NCBI GenBank assembly: GCA_964016885.1
Contig: OZ024747.1
Span: 46,562,001-46,626,000, forward strand
Length of the DNA stretch: 64,000 nucleotides
Direction of reading: 5' to 3'
Origin: Eledone cirrhosa
Taxonomy: Eukaryota
Made by a program: the position numbers and the translations under genes
Notes under the pieces: generated by a model
The model's database searches: none
The model's input: the letters and a program-made list of their open reading frames with translations, nothing else
What the model was told of the DNA's origin: nothing
Shown here: piece by piece, positions 45,992 through 63,583 of the stretch
Position numbering within the stretch: the first letter of the stretch is position 1
How the letters are laid out: each line of letters begins with the position of its first letter

Positions 45992-46690
45992 CTAGCAGTG
46001 GTACCCGGCGTTGCACGCCATAAGGTATTTTGGAACGCGGGCCGCCAACAGACCTAATCGTGGAAAAACTGCATGCCTAGACAATATGTAAAGAAAATAA
46101 ACCGAATACTCTGATGGCTGGATAATCTTTAAGATTTTACTCGATGAAGCAGGAAAAATGCAGGTTTTCACCTAATGCGGGCCCTAGGGGATCAAGAAAA
46201 GGAATTTTTTTAATGTGCATAATATGCCTTGAAATTTAAGGAAAATCGGCTAGACGTAACGTCTCAAAAAAGCCCTAAAAAGCTGAAAAAATGAAGTTTT
46301 TCATCTAATGTGGGCCTTACGCCATAAAAAAAGTTGGATTTTCTTTGCTCACGGTATGAAGAAGAGACTGACTAATACATAGTTACAATTTCAAGGAAAT
46401 CGGTCTGACGTAACGCCTCAAAAAACCCCTAAAAAGCTTTTAAAACGCAGTTTTTCACCTAATGCGGGCCCTAGGAGATCAAAATGTTAAATGTATGTGC
46501 ATAACACTCCCTGAAACATAAGTAATACACATGTAAAGTTTGAATAATATCGGTTGGGTACTTCTCGAGTTTTAGGGATTCAAACTCACACACACACACA
46601 CACACAGACAGACATCCTCAGGGAAGTGACTTAATGCAGAGAGTCAGACATACAGACAGATATTATAAGGGCGCGACGTTATATGTATAT
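45992..46690 (-). mobile_element. Non-autonomous Helitron-like element with three internal subrepeats
   Basis: CTAG at 45992-45995 next to acccggcgttgc (as at 6613); ttttcacctaatgcgggccct-like motif three times; 5' end approximate. Confidence 0.55.
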
Positions 46691-46750
46691 ATCTATCTAA
46701 AAAGAGAAATACTAAGAATTATAAAGAGAGATCGCGCGGTCCCTAGAGCA

Positions 46751-46781
<31 letters not shown>

Positions 46782-47479
46782 GAAGGTTCTGCAACTCTGA
46801 TACACATATTGTTTATTATTTATTATTAAGATGTATAAACTGGACACAACTGTTATCATCCTATATTCTCTCAACGAATCACACTTGATCATATTTCTCT
46901 ATCCTGTTTTCTCCCCCCATAATTATTATATTTTTATTATTTTTTATTATTGTTTGAAAAAAATCGGTTTTTTTACATTGTGTTTTCCCCTCCAAATATT
47001 CGCTTATATTTCCTTATATATTCTCTATATATTTTTTATCTTTATTATTATTTCCACTTTTATCCTCCTTTATATTTTACCTTATTCTTACCTTTATACC
47101 TTATAATAGTGTAATCTTCCCCATGCCTTATTATACACTATTAATTATAGATTATTATTATTACTCTTTTTCCATTTCTAATTACCTCATGTACCTTCTC
47201 CTCCGCTATATGTATATATGTATTCTACGCCCTTTGTGTTTGTGTAGCCTCTGCGCACCCTCTGCACCATACTATCCACGCCACCCCATCTATGGTTCAG
47301 CTAACCACCCGACCCCCGGGAATGAATATGGCCGCAGCTAGTAAACAAGGACCAACACCCCACCCTCCCGCACCAAAATTAGACTTATCGTCCCCTACTT
47401 TTGCTCTTTACTCTCTTTACTCTTTGTTCTTGGGTGTTTGGTTGGTAGAGTCCATAACACCAATCAAACCCCTTTTATA

Positions 47480-47526
47480 GCTCTGATGAAGCCTACGGTT
47501 ACACGTAAGGAAGAAACATTGTTAGC
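47480..47526 (+). ncRNA. Type I HHR motif at the end of a putative PLE 3' UTR (~46785-47572)
   Basis: gct CTGATGA agcctacggttacacgtaaggaa GAAAC att GTT agc. Confidence 0.7.
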
Positions 47527-47567
47527 CAATAAAAATTTTTTGATGTTGTAGACGCTCTTGTGTTCTT

Positions 47568-47603
<36 letters not shown>

Positions 47604-47689
47604 GAAAATATAGAAATTAATGTGAGCAAGCAGCCAACAGTATTTCATAATATATAAGTGACTATATATATATGTGTATTATATATATA

Positions 47690-47894
47690 TAACGAAGGAG
47701 TTGTGGTAAGGAACCAGATTGACCATAACGCACCAGAGTACTCAATACTTACGGTAGTAGAGTGGGTAGTAGGAAAATGTATGACCCCGACGGTAGAGCT
47801 CAAACCGTTTCGACGGCTATTTCTGGACTCAGACTGAGTCCCGATATAGCCGTCGAAACGCTTTGAGCTCTGCCGTCGGGGTCATACATTTTCC

Positions 47895-47895
<1 letters not shown>
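47690..47895 (-). mobile_element. Family C fold-back element
   Basis: Homologous to 20775-20963. Confidence 0.75.
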
Positions 47896-47937
<42 letters not shown>

Positions 47938-48008
47938 ATATATATAAATAATGTTCAATTAATCTATATCCGAAAGTTTATTGCCACACATAGACACACA
48001 GACACATA

Positions 48009-48360
<352 letters not shown>

Positions 48361-50128
48361 TATGTATAAATATATATATGGGGTATGGGGAATGAGTGGG
48401 AAGGGTCTGAGTACATAGTGGGTAAGGAAGTGAGAGGAGGGACATGGTAAGGTATTCGTAAGTTTCTATAAGATATTTATTAATTCTATAATATACTTCA
48501 TTGCACACGTAGTAAGTGATTTGGAAAGCTTAATTCAGAGACAGGTCGAATACATCAGTTTAGTCTCTGTTGAAGTCTTTGTAAATCTTTCTAAAATTTT
48601 GAAATAATCCACACAATTCTAGCCTTGTGTATCTATCACTAAGTTATTTTCCCTTAGACATGATTTGCTGTGTTACATGAAATATATATCTGACTCATCA
48701 TATTCCTTATCTAGGGCAGTAAAATCAAGTTCACCGTGAAAACAATGAACTCACTTTGTTAACGTTAACTTTCCCTTCCTTATTGACTCAGTATTCAATA
48801 TCTTGCCTTGTCAGACATTATCAGATGTCTCACTATGCAGAAAGCTGAAATTAGTAATAAGTATGGTTAATCAAACATACCGTAGAGGAAAATGTACAGT
48901 GTAATCTGTTAAATTTTTATACGTCATTTGAGAACGTGATTCGAGCATAGATGGTCGAAATATGGCCTCTTATATTTCATAAGTTCGATTGGAAATCACC
49001 GCATTAGTCGATTGTTCTCTATCAATGCCTTGTTGAGTGAAATTTAGTAGACGTTTACACACATAAACAAACAAACACATACATACATACATACATACAT
49101 ACATACATACATACATACATACATACATACATACATACGTACATGATGGCTGCAAACACTGCTAACAGTAATGCAATTGCTTGGAGGATTATAGAGTTTG
49201 GTGCACTTTTAGTCTACGGCCAGGCACACAAACCTGTAACATATCCTGAACAAGCAATGCCTGTGCTTTGAATGTTTTTTAAGTGGAGAAAGGCCTTGCA
49301 CTGGACCAATCCCACTCTCTGAACATCGAAAGCACTACACGAAAAGGAGAACTGGTCAACATCATCGGATGCTTCTGAAGTCGCAGGTCTTTTTTTTCAG
49401 CGACTAAACCGGCAACCCCACCAAGCTTGCTTGGTGAGGAGGGTGATAGTTGCACACCCTGTAGGATGAAATACAAGACCCGGCAAAGGGCGAAGGAACT
49501 CAACAGAGTCAACGGCCACCCAAATAGTAATTTTTTGTTTCACCTGGGAGTGAAAGGCCCCCAGTTGTTGTTACAACAGATACATACACACACGATGATG
49601 GCTGCCCCCTCGTTATCGAGTATGGCTATTGTACGATATACCATTATTAATAATTATTATCGTGCAATATTAATTCTATCGTGCAATGCCTGTGCGAGAA
49701 AATATTTTTTAAAGTGAGGAAAGACTGTGCACTGAGCCAATCCCACTATCTGAGCGACAGTAGCTATAATCCGAAAAGAAGAAAAAGATCAACATCATTC
49801 GTAACTACTGAGCAGCAGGTTTTATATCGGAGTTATCCCAGTTTCCTGAGTTGCCTTCTCCTTGAAGACTGCCCTGACAAAGACTAGGGGTCCTTCACTC
49901 CCAGTGGTTTAACCGCGCGATCGGATGTCCATGTACATGTGTATATACATATTTACACACTTTTGGATGGCCGTTGACCCTTATGAATTTCTTCCGCCCT
50001 TTGTCAGGTTTTGTTTTTTGTCCTGCAGGGTGTCCCAAATCACCCTCCTCACCAAGTAAACTTGGTGGGGTTGCCGGTTTAGTCGCCGTCGACCCGACAT
50101 GCGACAGGTTGTACTGGGTTACATGTTA

Positions 50129-50287
<159 letters not shown>

Positions 50288-51506
50288 CTATATCTTGTTA
50301 TAAACACGCCATAATTATTCTAGTAGTAAAACCGGTGCCGAATTATCGTCGTTGGTAGTCTTGTCGCGATTTTGAAAGTGAAAGTGTTACAAGTAATAAT
50401 TCACTTTACTATGTTTCTCAAAAATGTTGATGTTGGTAGTGTTGGATCTCCGTCGGGTCTGACGACCAATGTTCCAATTATTATCAAAGGAACTCTATGC
50501 TCATGAAGTTATTGAATGTGGTTGAGTGTTCCACAACCACCGGTATACTTAATTCTTACTCCTAATCAGTGTGACATATGTAAAATTCCTGGACCGTTTT
50601 TGCCTGCCTAATTTCACACATAAACATTGAGTCGTCTCAAATCTATGGTAAATGACACTTTGCCAAGATGCCATTCAGTGGAATCCCACATATTATTTAA
50701 AGTAAGAACAACAAGGAATTAACACCTTTGCTAATTTCAATACATAATTTTGAAAGTGAAAGTGTTACAAATAAAATTGTACTTTAGTAAGTTTCAAAAA
50801 AATAACAATATTTAATGAAGCATGGGCTTTCGAGTAACACATATCCCTTTTATTAGATATGATTTTATTATTTTTATTATTATATTTCATATATTTCCGC
50901 AATTCGAATTGTTTCCTAACGTCATGTGTAAGATGCCTCACGTTGTTTGTTTCTCTAAACATTTTTCCATTAATTTATTATTCAGCAAGGTTTCGGGCGA
51001 TGGAAGTTATTTTGCTCAGCACTCTCTCAGGTGTTCAAAATGGTTTCGAAAGTATATTGAATGAATAATAAATAATAAGTGTACTTTTATAGCTTTCTGC
51101 AGCATTGGAGATTTCAGCAAAAATCTCATGGACGCCATTTTAGTAGATACTTAAGATTTCATTTTAATGACAACACGTTTATACCAATGAAAGCTGTCGA
51201 AGTAGCTAAAGATTAAATATTAAATATCAATAATAAACTAGTAACAAAACAACAACAACAACAACAACAACAACAATAATAATAATAATTATAATGGTGT
51301 TCTTATGGCATTGATAATTATGATAATGATGCGTTTGATGATGATTTTAAAAAATATGTATCTACTTTCTTCTCATTTAAAAAATATATAAAGTTCATTC
51401 AATTTGACACGAAAATTTATGAAAGACCTATGTACTTCAGAAAATCTCCGGTATCAAAAGAATATATATACAATATATATAGACACACAACCATACACAC
51501 TCTCTC

Positions 51507-51549
<43 letters not shown>

Positions 51550-51919
51550 AGTGTGTGTGTGTGTGTGTGTGTGTTTATGCATATATGCATGTATGTATGA
51601 ATGCATGCATCTATGTATGTATATATATGTATACAATGTGTATATTTGAATAAATATATCACTGTTACGTTTTCATGAACGCATACGCGATGATATACGA
51701 AATACAATCTATATCGAGAGAATATCCACTCAACGGGGTATGTGTGCAGACGCAAACTCACATAATTCTCAAATGTATATCTATATAAATATATGTATGA
51801 AAAAAATATCCGTAGGTGTGAAAAAGGAAACAAAAAAACGAAAACAGTGCTCAATCAGGGATGAGAGCTGATATCCTATATTATTTACTTCAGGTTATAC
51901 ACGGAACAATAGTGTTATC

Positions 51920-52225
51920 TAAGGTTTCAAGGCCCACAGCAAAGTTTCTCTCCACTCGTCGAGCTCTTCCTCATCTCTTCTGAGAGTCTCAGCGATTTGA
52001 GATCAGCTCTCACCACCTCTGCCCAGGTCTTTCTTGTTTAGCTCTGCTGTGGCTTCCTTCTACTGGTATTCCTTGGCACTTTTTCCTCTAGCGATCATCG
52101 TCCATGCGCATCAGGTGTCCGTACCAACGCAGTCTTCTCTCTTGTACACTGCTTTGGATCCCTCTTAACCCAGCTTATTCTCTAGTTCATCCAAGCTCTG
52201 TATTTCTCTCATATTAACCATATCT
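51920..52225 (-). mobile_element. RTE-type LINE C-terminal remnant
   Basis: VQERRLRWYGHLMRMDDDR..KTWAEVVRADL. Confidence 0.65.
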
Positions 52226-52943
52226 TCAAACTGTAAGAAGGATGAAAATTGAGACCTAATCTTCAAGCGCCTGAAGATTAGTTCACGATTTCGATCCCTC
52301 TTAAAATCGGGAGATATGGTTAATAATGAAACTTGAAACCTAAGGTAGCGCTTTTGATCTGTGAATGAACATAAACAAGTGAGTATATATTTGACTAATT
52401 AATTGCTTAAGTTTATTTAAAACAACCTGTTCGAGAGCTTAATTCGATTTGTGCAGTTTTTTGCAATTCTTGCAATACTTTTACACATTCTGAATCCATC
52501 CACCAAAACCGGGGTTACCTCCCTCGCAGGGTAAACACGTGGGGTAATCACTCCAACACTACTAATGCATGGGAACCCGTTCGCCGGCTGAGAACAAAAT
52601 AGCTGTTGACGAAAGGGCAGCCTTGTTCGATCGTTATACCAAAAGCTTACAATGAAAGCAGGCAGTATAATTGATTTAGGTGTCACAGAAACCTCCCATT
52701 GGATTATACCATCAATTTCCAGGAGGTCCAGGTAAATTCTTTTGTTTAACCTGTTTAGCTTGCTTCTTTTTTTTTTTTGGCTCCAGTGGCTGATAGCTTC
52801 ATGACCGCCGTTTTCAGTTCGTATGGCCTCTATAACGTATGTTAATTGCTCTGGTCTTCTTTTAGTCCATTTAGCGCTTGCCGCATATCTCGAAAATTGC
52901 GTTTCGCTTTGTTTTTGACCACAACCGAAATAGGATCTCGATG

Positions 52944-52994
<51 letters not shown>

Positions 52995-53001
<7 letters not shown>

Positions 53002-53932
53002 AAATTTCGCTCTCCATGGCTGAATACAATAAATGTAATTTAAGTTTTTCGAATATAAATAATAACATTCGATTCATTTACAATTATGCAAACAACCCTC
53101 AATTTTATAGTCAAGTCAGTAGAATGAACACTTCTTTCTTGCTCTTATGTTGGCATGAGAGCAGAACTGCAGACACTAATGTTTCTGGGTATCACCCTTC
53201 ATCAGTACAGCTCACTGTTCACCTGCCAAACTGTCAGGGCTAGTGACAATATATACTATTTTCAAAAATACACTGGGACTGATCGGCCTGATTTGCATAT
53301 TTTCAGACTGGCTGATCAGGCAGATCTGCATATTAGCAGATCCACTGATCAACAGGATTTGCATATCAGCAGACTGGCCAGTCAGTTTCCTGTATACGAG
53401 CGATAAATGGCCGGCTTTGCCAAATTCAAATAAAAGAGAAATTTTCGCTCTACATGGCTGAATACAGTAAATGTAATCTGAATTTTTCGAATATTAATAA
53501 TTGTTTCTACTTTAGGCACAAGGCCAGCAATTACCCAGTGCATTACTGGAATATTAATAATAACATTCGATTCGTTTGCAATTATGCAAACAAGCCTCAA
53601 TTTTATAGCCATGTCAGTAGAATGAACACTTCATTCTTCCTCTTATGTTGGCATGCGAACAGAACTGCAGTCACTAATGTTTCTGGTTATCACCCATCAT
53701 CAGTACATCTCACTGTTCACCTGCCAAACTGTCAGAGCTAGTGAAAATATATGGTATTTTCCAAAATACACAGGGAAGTTGGCAAAGCCGGCCCTTTATC
53801 ACTCGTATAGAGGAAACTGACTGGCCAGTCTGCTGATATGCAAATCCGGCTGATCAGTGGATCTGCTAATATGCAGATCTGACTGATCAGCCAGTCTGCT
53901 AATATGCAAATCAGGCCGATCAGTCACTGTGT
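52995..53932 (-). mobile_element. Family B retrozyme-like repeat: ~436-bp units in tandem, then an inverted segment (~53776-53932)
   Basis: HHRs at 53164-53213 (intact GTC) and 53662-53710 (GAC variant); a short SINE piece at ~53502-53549 between aatattaataat duplications. Confidence 0.85.
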
Positions 53933-53953
53933 ATTTATATGTATATATATATG

Positions 53954-54046
<93 letters not shown>

Positions 54047-54049
<3 letters not shown>

Positions 54050-54250
54050 AACAAGTAGGACCCCGACGGCTGAGCTCAAGCCGTTTCGACGGCTAATTCT
54101 GGACTAAAAAGATTTTAGTTCAGAATTAGCCGTCGAAACGGCTTGAGCTCAGCCATCGGGGTCCTACTTGTTTTTATTACCCACTCTACTACCCTAAGTA
54201 TTGAGTACTTTGGTGCGTTATGGTCCATCTGGTTCCTTACCATATTTCCT
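54047..54250 (+). mobile_element. Family C fold-back element
   Basis: Homologous to 20775-20963. Confidence 0.75.
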
Positions 54251-54277
54251 CTTCTCTCTCTCTATATATATATATGC

Positions 54278-54332
<55 letters not shown>

Positions 54333-54355
54333 CACATATATACATATATACATAT

Positions 54356-54951
<596 letters not shown>

Positions 54952-54966
54952 ATATATATACACTCA

Positions 54967-55058
<92 letters not shown>

Positions 55059-55541
55059 TGTTTAAGAATTCTGAAGCTTTTAAATCATTCTTGCATTGAC
55101 TGAAGGTGCAGTACATACTGCTGTGTAGAGTACAAAAATATATGTTCTAAGTAGAAGAGTGACAGTGACTTAGAAGTCTCAGCTTAGTCGCTTTATTTGA
55201 CTGCGTCCTGTGAAAGCCTTAAATGGCTTATCTTTACCTTTCCAAGTAGAAGCATCAGAGAATCTATTTGTAGTTAGGGACCATATTTGTTTGCGTTGGT
55301 AGTTAAGGTGTTTAATGAGTCTAAACTGTTTTTTAGTGCCTTTGATAGTGTTTCAGTCTCTCCGTGTGTATTGGTAAATTTAGATTGTGGGATATGTGTA
55401 TGTAGATGAGGGATTATATTTAAATTTGACTTTTTTGTACAAATATTCCCAACCTCTCTACATACACATAGCCAATAAACATAATTTACCTATACATAGA
55501 AAAGTATGCGTGTATGTATATTTAGATATATATAAGTATAA

Positions 55542-56910
<1,369 letters not shown>

Positions 56911-56929
56911 ATATATATATATATATATA

Positions 56930-57985
56930 GACATCGTTACTCGATAAAACATGAAAACCAGCGTTATGTAACAACACTCGCAGACAAAGCTTGGCAGCAG
57001 CGCGAAAATAACCAACAATTTAACCTAAAATGGGATATAATACTGGCTGCCCCTGCATATTTCCAAAGACAGGAATTTTGTAAATTGTGTAATATCGAAA
57101 TATTTTGTATTATGAAATCCAAAAATATTTGATTAAATAACAGAATAGAGCGATCGTTATACTGTAACCATCGCTTGAAATCTACATTTTCATATTACAA
57201 AGGCTACCAGGATTGAACGCCTGTCTCCATCTCCGTTTGATTGTCAAAATACATATTAACATTCTCTCGATCTGATTTCAAATCCCGCCGAGGTTGACTT
57301 TGCCTTACATCCTCACTGGGTCGATAAAATAAAGTACCAGTAATGAACTGGTTAATTGCTGGCCTTGTGCCTAAAGTAGAAACATCTATTAGTCTTAATT
57401 CTATCAACTCTTCTATTCTTTACCATTTAATATAAACTGCTATAGATAAAATGAGATTTCTTAAATCAATTTCCTAATGCATATACCAGCAGGCTACCAG
57501 CATTGTTGTTATACAGTAGCAGTGAAAATCTCTCTCTTCCTTACTTGACACTTTATATCTGTATTAATACTACTACACCAAACGACCAGCCCTGCCCATT
57601 GTTCAATTGGTCAAATATAGATTAAAATAGGCACTCCCAAAAATTCTTATTTAGATAATATAAGCCATATACTCATTGTATTCTCATTAAAAACCTTCTA
57701 TATATTTGTTTACCAGCAAATTGAATTGCTATCTGTCATATACTATCCCTTCTCTTCTTCCTTTCTTGCAACTAATATAAATACTTTGATTTTTCTGATT
57801 TTTTCCAATTTATTCAATATCTCTGAAGAAGTGACAACTGATTATACATTTGGTATCGAATACTTGCTAACATTATATGATTACGCAAGCAGCGATACAT
57901 AGGTATTCCGTCTGTTACAGAAACATATGTCAATACCTAATACATTCCTTTATAAAAGCACTTTCATTTTATATTCATCTTTTCT
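56930..57985 (+). mobile_element. Old PLE 3' fragment with nested SINE (~57205-57385, minus) and long-helix-II HHR (~57823-57932)
   Basis: LKWDIILAAPAY..FCKLCNIEIFCI resembles 27344-27586; CTGAAGA agtgaca..tgttaca GAAAC atat GTC. Confidence 0.6.
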
Positions 57986-58169
57986 ATATATATATATTAA
58001 AATAACAGATTGAAGTTTAAGCAAAGAATCGCTATTTGATATATATTTATCCTTATCGAGCGGTCTTGGATTTTAGTCTTCACATTTATTATTATTACTA
58101 AGTATAAATATATGCATATTCATACTTATATATATATATATATAAATCTACATATATATATGTGTGTGT

Positions 58170-58250
<81 letters not shown>

Positions 58251-59179
58251 ATTGCGAGAGTGATTAAACAATTAAGTTTTTATATATTAAATATATACTG
58301 CATTTTATTATTCCCATTTCAAACTGTAAAATGAGAACTATAAACTCTTCAAGGATCGATTATATCTCATTTTATATTCGTTTATATACGAAATATTATT
58401 GATTGATTGCACACAAAAAAGTATAAAAACATACCCTCGTGTAACAAATTAAAGAGTTTCTCTGACTAGTTAATGAGATTATTAAAAATATTTCTTGTTT
58501 CTAATGTTTTTCCCTATATTTTCGTTGTTTTTAATTATCCAATAATATTTTTTGTCGAAACACAATCGGATATGCGAGGCTGATTTCGTCATAAATGTAG
58601 CGTAAAATATTTTTTTATTATGAGATATTTCGCATCAGTTTTACAGATTCTCGTTCTCGTTGTGTTAGTGTGTTGAATAAATGCATTAATTATATTTATA
58701 AATCTGTTAATATGTGTTGCTAAATTTATCAAAACTTATGTGTCATATTACTTCCTATACACGTTGTAGGTACGTATGTGTGTGTTAGGTCTATCTAGCG
58801 CGCTACTGGTAACATGTAACCCAACTTATTGCATGGTCGGGTCGTCGGTGACTAAACAGCAACACTACAAAATTTGATCGCTGAGGAAAATGATTTCGGA
58901 CATTCTGTAAAACCAGTCAAAATGAGGAGGAACGCATGAGAGTCAACGGCCACCCAAGTGCACACACACACACACACACACACACCCACACCCACATATA
59001 TGTAGTATTAATAAATGTGAAGACTAAAATCCGAAGAGGGCTCGATAAGGATTTTATATATATATATATATATTAATGCAATGAAATATCTATGATCGTC
59101 GGCAAATCACTGATGAGGGACTTATATTATTTTATTACATGTTATCCATGTGCAACCAGCAGTATTCTTCTCCCCATTT

Positions 59180-59223
<44 letters not shown>

Positions 59224-59251
59224 GTAGAGCAAATATTTATTATAACAGATC

Positions 59252-59345
59252 AAAGTTTAAGCAAAGTATCGCTCCTTTCACCCTTAACGGGATCTTCAGA
59301 AGATCACGTTAAGGGTGAAAGGAGCGATTCTTTGCTTAAACTTTT
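59252..59345. mobile_element. Fold-back HHR fragment (family also at ~17030-17090 and ~58005-58035)
   Basis: Palindrome centred on cttcagaag; minus strand CTGAAGA tcccgttaagggt GAAAG. Confidence 0.7.
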
Positions 59346-59352
59346 ATCTGTT

Positions 59353-59419
<67 letters not shown>

Positions 59420-59446
59420 ATACGTATATATATATAACTTCCTTCG

Positions 59447-59532
<86 letters not shown>

Positions 59533-59536
<4 letters not shown>

Positions 59537-59731
59537 CGAAGGAAGTGTGGTAAGGAACCAGGTGGACCATAACGCACCAGAGTACTCGATACTTTGGGTA
59601 GTAGAGTGGGTAATAGCAAAATGTTCAAGACCCCGACGACAGAGCTCAAGCCGTCTCGACGGCTATTTCTGGACTGAAATAGCCGTCGAAACGGCTTGAG
59701 CTCTGCCGTCCGGGTCTTGAACATTTTCCTA
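59533..59731 (-). mobile_element. Family C fold-back element
   Basis: Homologous to 20775-20963. Confidence 0.75.
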
Positions 59732-61563
59732 TATACATATATAATGGTGTAGGTGTGACTGACGGTGAGCGTGAGTGTGTGTGTATTTTGTTTTTTTGTT
59801 TTTTTAATTCTTAACTTTAAACTACGCTCTCTAACTTTCAAAATTTTAACGAGATTGGGAAGCCCTTGGTCTACGAATACGGAAATAATCAAACCCACAA
59901 CACGCCACGGTGGTACCTTTGACAAGGCCTAGCACACAGGAACCACCCTGCCAGGGTTAGGGTGAAGTCATGCATTTGTAGGTTGATGGATGATGAACTA
60001 CGGCAGATGAAATCAAGTCAGATTCAGTGGAATATGTCATCAGATGTTCTGAAGGGAAGAACCTCCTTGGTCAACCATACCTATTACAAAGTCAACTCAT
60101 CTGTAGATGTGGCATTCGCAGATGGGAATGAAAGACCCCAAGCCGTTGTTACGGCATTCATCTAAGAGAGGAAATCTCTGTAGTGAGATCTGCGATTTGT
60201 ATGATTACTGGTCATCTTCCTTAGGCTTGTCATCAGATAATAATCACTGAGAGTTGTAGTCGTGTTGTACAAGCGTTTACCACTATAATCCAATGTTGTA
60301 CATCTTTCTTTTATGATCTTCCCCTCTGTTAGTTTATCTGTCAAATGTTCTGTGATGATGGAGGAGTGACACAGTTACAAAACGGCGGCACGTATGTGAC
60401 AGGTTTTCATCTTAACATCGTTGTTGTGTCTTCCTGTGACATGGCCTAACTTCATTGGAGGCTCTCGTGTCTGAGTATTCCTTGTAGGGAGAGTGATGCT
60501 CACCTAGTGTGTTGGCTAGTTGTTAGAATTCATTAGTATTTACAATGTTGAGTATATTTATAGAAGTTGTCTTTCTACTGTTTTGAATATAAAACTATAA
60601 ATGGTGTAATAATTTATGTATTATTAGATCAGGAACTGATACCTTGTTCGTTATGTATATGACAAAACTTCCTTATTAAGCAAGAGTCCAGTATCTGATA
60701 GAAAATAGCATCGAAATCCTCATAGAAATTGTAGACACGGTAATATACCGACTTATATATGACATTCATGTAAATGAATCAAGATTGGATTCCAACTTTC
60801 TTACAAGTCTATACAATTAGGAACTGTAACAACGAAAGTATTACAAAATTGTGAACCAATGAATACCTGGTACCTATTTTCAATTGACCCTGGATGATTA
60901 TAATGCCCTGTGAGATTTGAACTTTGAAGGTAAAGATAGAAAACTAAGAACTAGAAAACATTTACTGCAATATTTTACGGCTTTTGCCACATTAAGAGTA
61001 ATAAAATAACTCGAGCGTTGAAAAGCTTTAATCTTGTAGCAATCTATGAAGAATTTGCATTCTATTTCCGTTGGTCTCCTTCTCTGGTATTACAGTTAAA
61101 ACAAAGAAAGATACGTATAAATATCCATGTGATTAAACCAGATGGTTCTCCTACGGACACCAATGTTTTCAGGCTACATTGCACTGACGTTGATTACATT
61201 ATTTTTACAGAATCAAGGCAAGTGTGAAATTATCTTTAAGCATTATTTTCTGTCCATTTCCTACAAAAGGACAACTTCCCCCATCGTCTCTTGATCGCTT
61301 CTTGTCGATATAACGAACACGCGGATATGAAAGTTCTCAAATGGGTTTACATTGCTGGAGAGAGAATTGAGAAACCAGTTACAACAACTTTAAAGATCAT
61401 TAACCTATTGGATTCTATGCAAAATCAATTGAAGTTCGATCTCATTATGGTATCGTATATATGACCCAAGACCATTGTCTAATGGCCAATTTGAGAAGAC
61501 AGAGATATAGATAGAGACATACACATATAAAGGGAAATATACTTACACACACATATTATATAT

Positions 61564-61677
<114 letters not shown>

Positions 61678-61692
61678 GAGACAGGGAGAGAG

Positions 61693-61745
<53 letters not shown>

Positions 61746-62554
61746 AGGAGAAAAAGAATGCTGCTGTTCTTATATATATATATACAATCTGAGCAGCTAA
61801 AAATGGTTGCTGTAAAATTTGATCCGGTCACATTTAGTTAAAAATAATGACCAAATTTTTGGGGGCACTTTTTACCGGATATTAATTACGATGCGGAAGA
61901 AAGTCTCCTGAAAGCAGATCTAATCTACTCTGCGTGATATTCAACCACAATTCTGTCCTAGATAAACTAGTTAACGGAAAATGATAATAAAGGCAGACAC
62001 GATTTTTAGCGAATACATTTGCTGTAAAATAAAAGAACGTTTAAAAAACAATTTATATAGCAGCAAATACCAAAATAACTCATCACGGCACTCGTAACAA
62101 TAATCATATAATATACTTTCTTTCTTTTTTTTCACTGATCAGAAGACTAAAGATCGAAATTTAGTCGACAGCTCGGCAGCCATACACGAATAAATTTGGT
62201 AATATTCCTTTGATCGGCATTTGAATACTGACGCTAGAACAAATTCCCAAGTGTTTAGCTTATTTTCAAAGCAGACAAATTTGTTCTTGTAACATACAAT
62301 TGATTTTCTTTGTTGATTTGTTTTCTGTTATTTTTTTTGTTTCACATTTTCTTAAAATATTTCCATCAACATTCAAACATCTCATTTACCTAATTCAGGT
62401 TCTCTTTCTCCCTATGTATTATTTCCTTTTACTTTATTATCAGGAATTTTGTTCTTAGTTTTTATCCTAGATTGTCGTATTTAACTTTAAATATACACAC
62501 ATATTCATACATAGACACACATATTCATAGATAGACATACATACTCATACATAG

Positions 62555-62732
<178 letters not shown>

Positions 62733-63175
62733 ATAGATATGCTTATATATATCTATAATATATACATACACATATGTGTGTATGTATGTAAATGTATGTA
62801 AGTGTATATATATATAATTGATAGAGTTGTTAGAGAAACGGAGACAATACCTCGTGGTTTTGGTTCCAGCTCTCTGCACACTGTGATCAAATCCTCTTAA
62901 GAACCCCTTTACCTTTTATACATTCGAGTCCAAATATCGATGGTAGCCTGGAAGATAATTAACGGCATTTGTTAGGGCGATCGATCTTCGGCTACCTGCT
63001 CCAGGTTTTGACGTCCGTGAGTTTTGAGTCATGAGATATTGTAATGAAAATATGCCGTGAAAAAAATTGTATAATCCGAGAAGAAACTCAGGCTAAAATC
63101 CAAATTGGCGTCCAGTGTCAAAATAATGATGTATTGTAGATGAATGCGTTTAGCTTTAGGCGACATAAGAACGGT

Positions 63176-63583
63176 TCGAGCTCAGCTCGTGTTCGGAACT
63201 CATCGCATGTAGATGTGGTAGGTATGTCGAGCTCAGCTCGTGTTCGGAACTCATCGCATGTGGATGTGGTAGGTATGTCGAGCTCAGCTCGTGTTCGGAA
63301 CTCATCGCATGTGGATGTGGTATGTATGTCGAGCTCAGCTCGTGTTCGGAACTCATCGCATGTGGATGTGGTAGGTATGTCGAGCTCAGCTCGTGTTCGG
63401 AACTCATCGCATGTGGATGTGGTAGGTATGTCGAGCTCAGCTCGTGTTCGGAACTCATCGCATGTGGATGTGGTAGGTATGTCGAGCTCAGCTCGTGTTC
63501 GGAACTCATCGCATGTGGATGTGGTAGGTATGCCGAGCTCAGCTCGTGTTCGGAACTCATCGCATGTGGATGTGGTAGGTATG
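63176..63583. repeat. 51-bp minisatellite, 8 copies
   Basis: tcgagctcagctcgtgttcggaactcatcgcatgtggatgtggtaggtatg repeated with about 3 substitutions. Confidence 0.95.

Noticed and set aside
59110-59160. CTGATGA as a hammerhead core
   Set aside because: No downstream GAAA or helix III found
63176-63583. CRISPR-like periodicity
   Set aside because: No unique spacers, no cas genes, eukaryotic context
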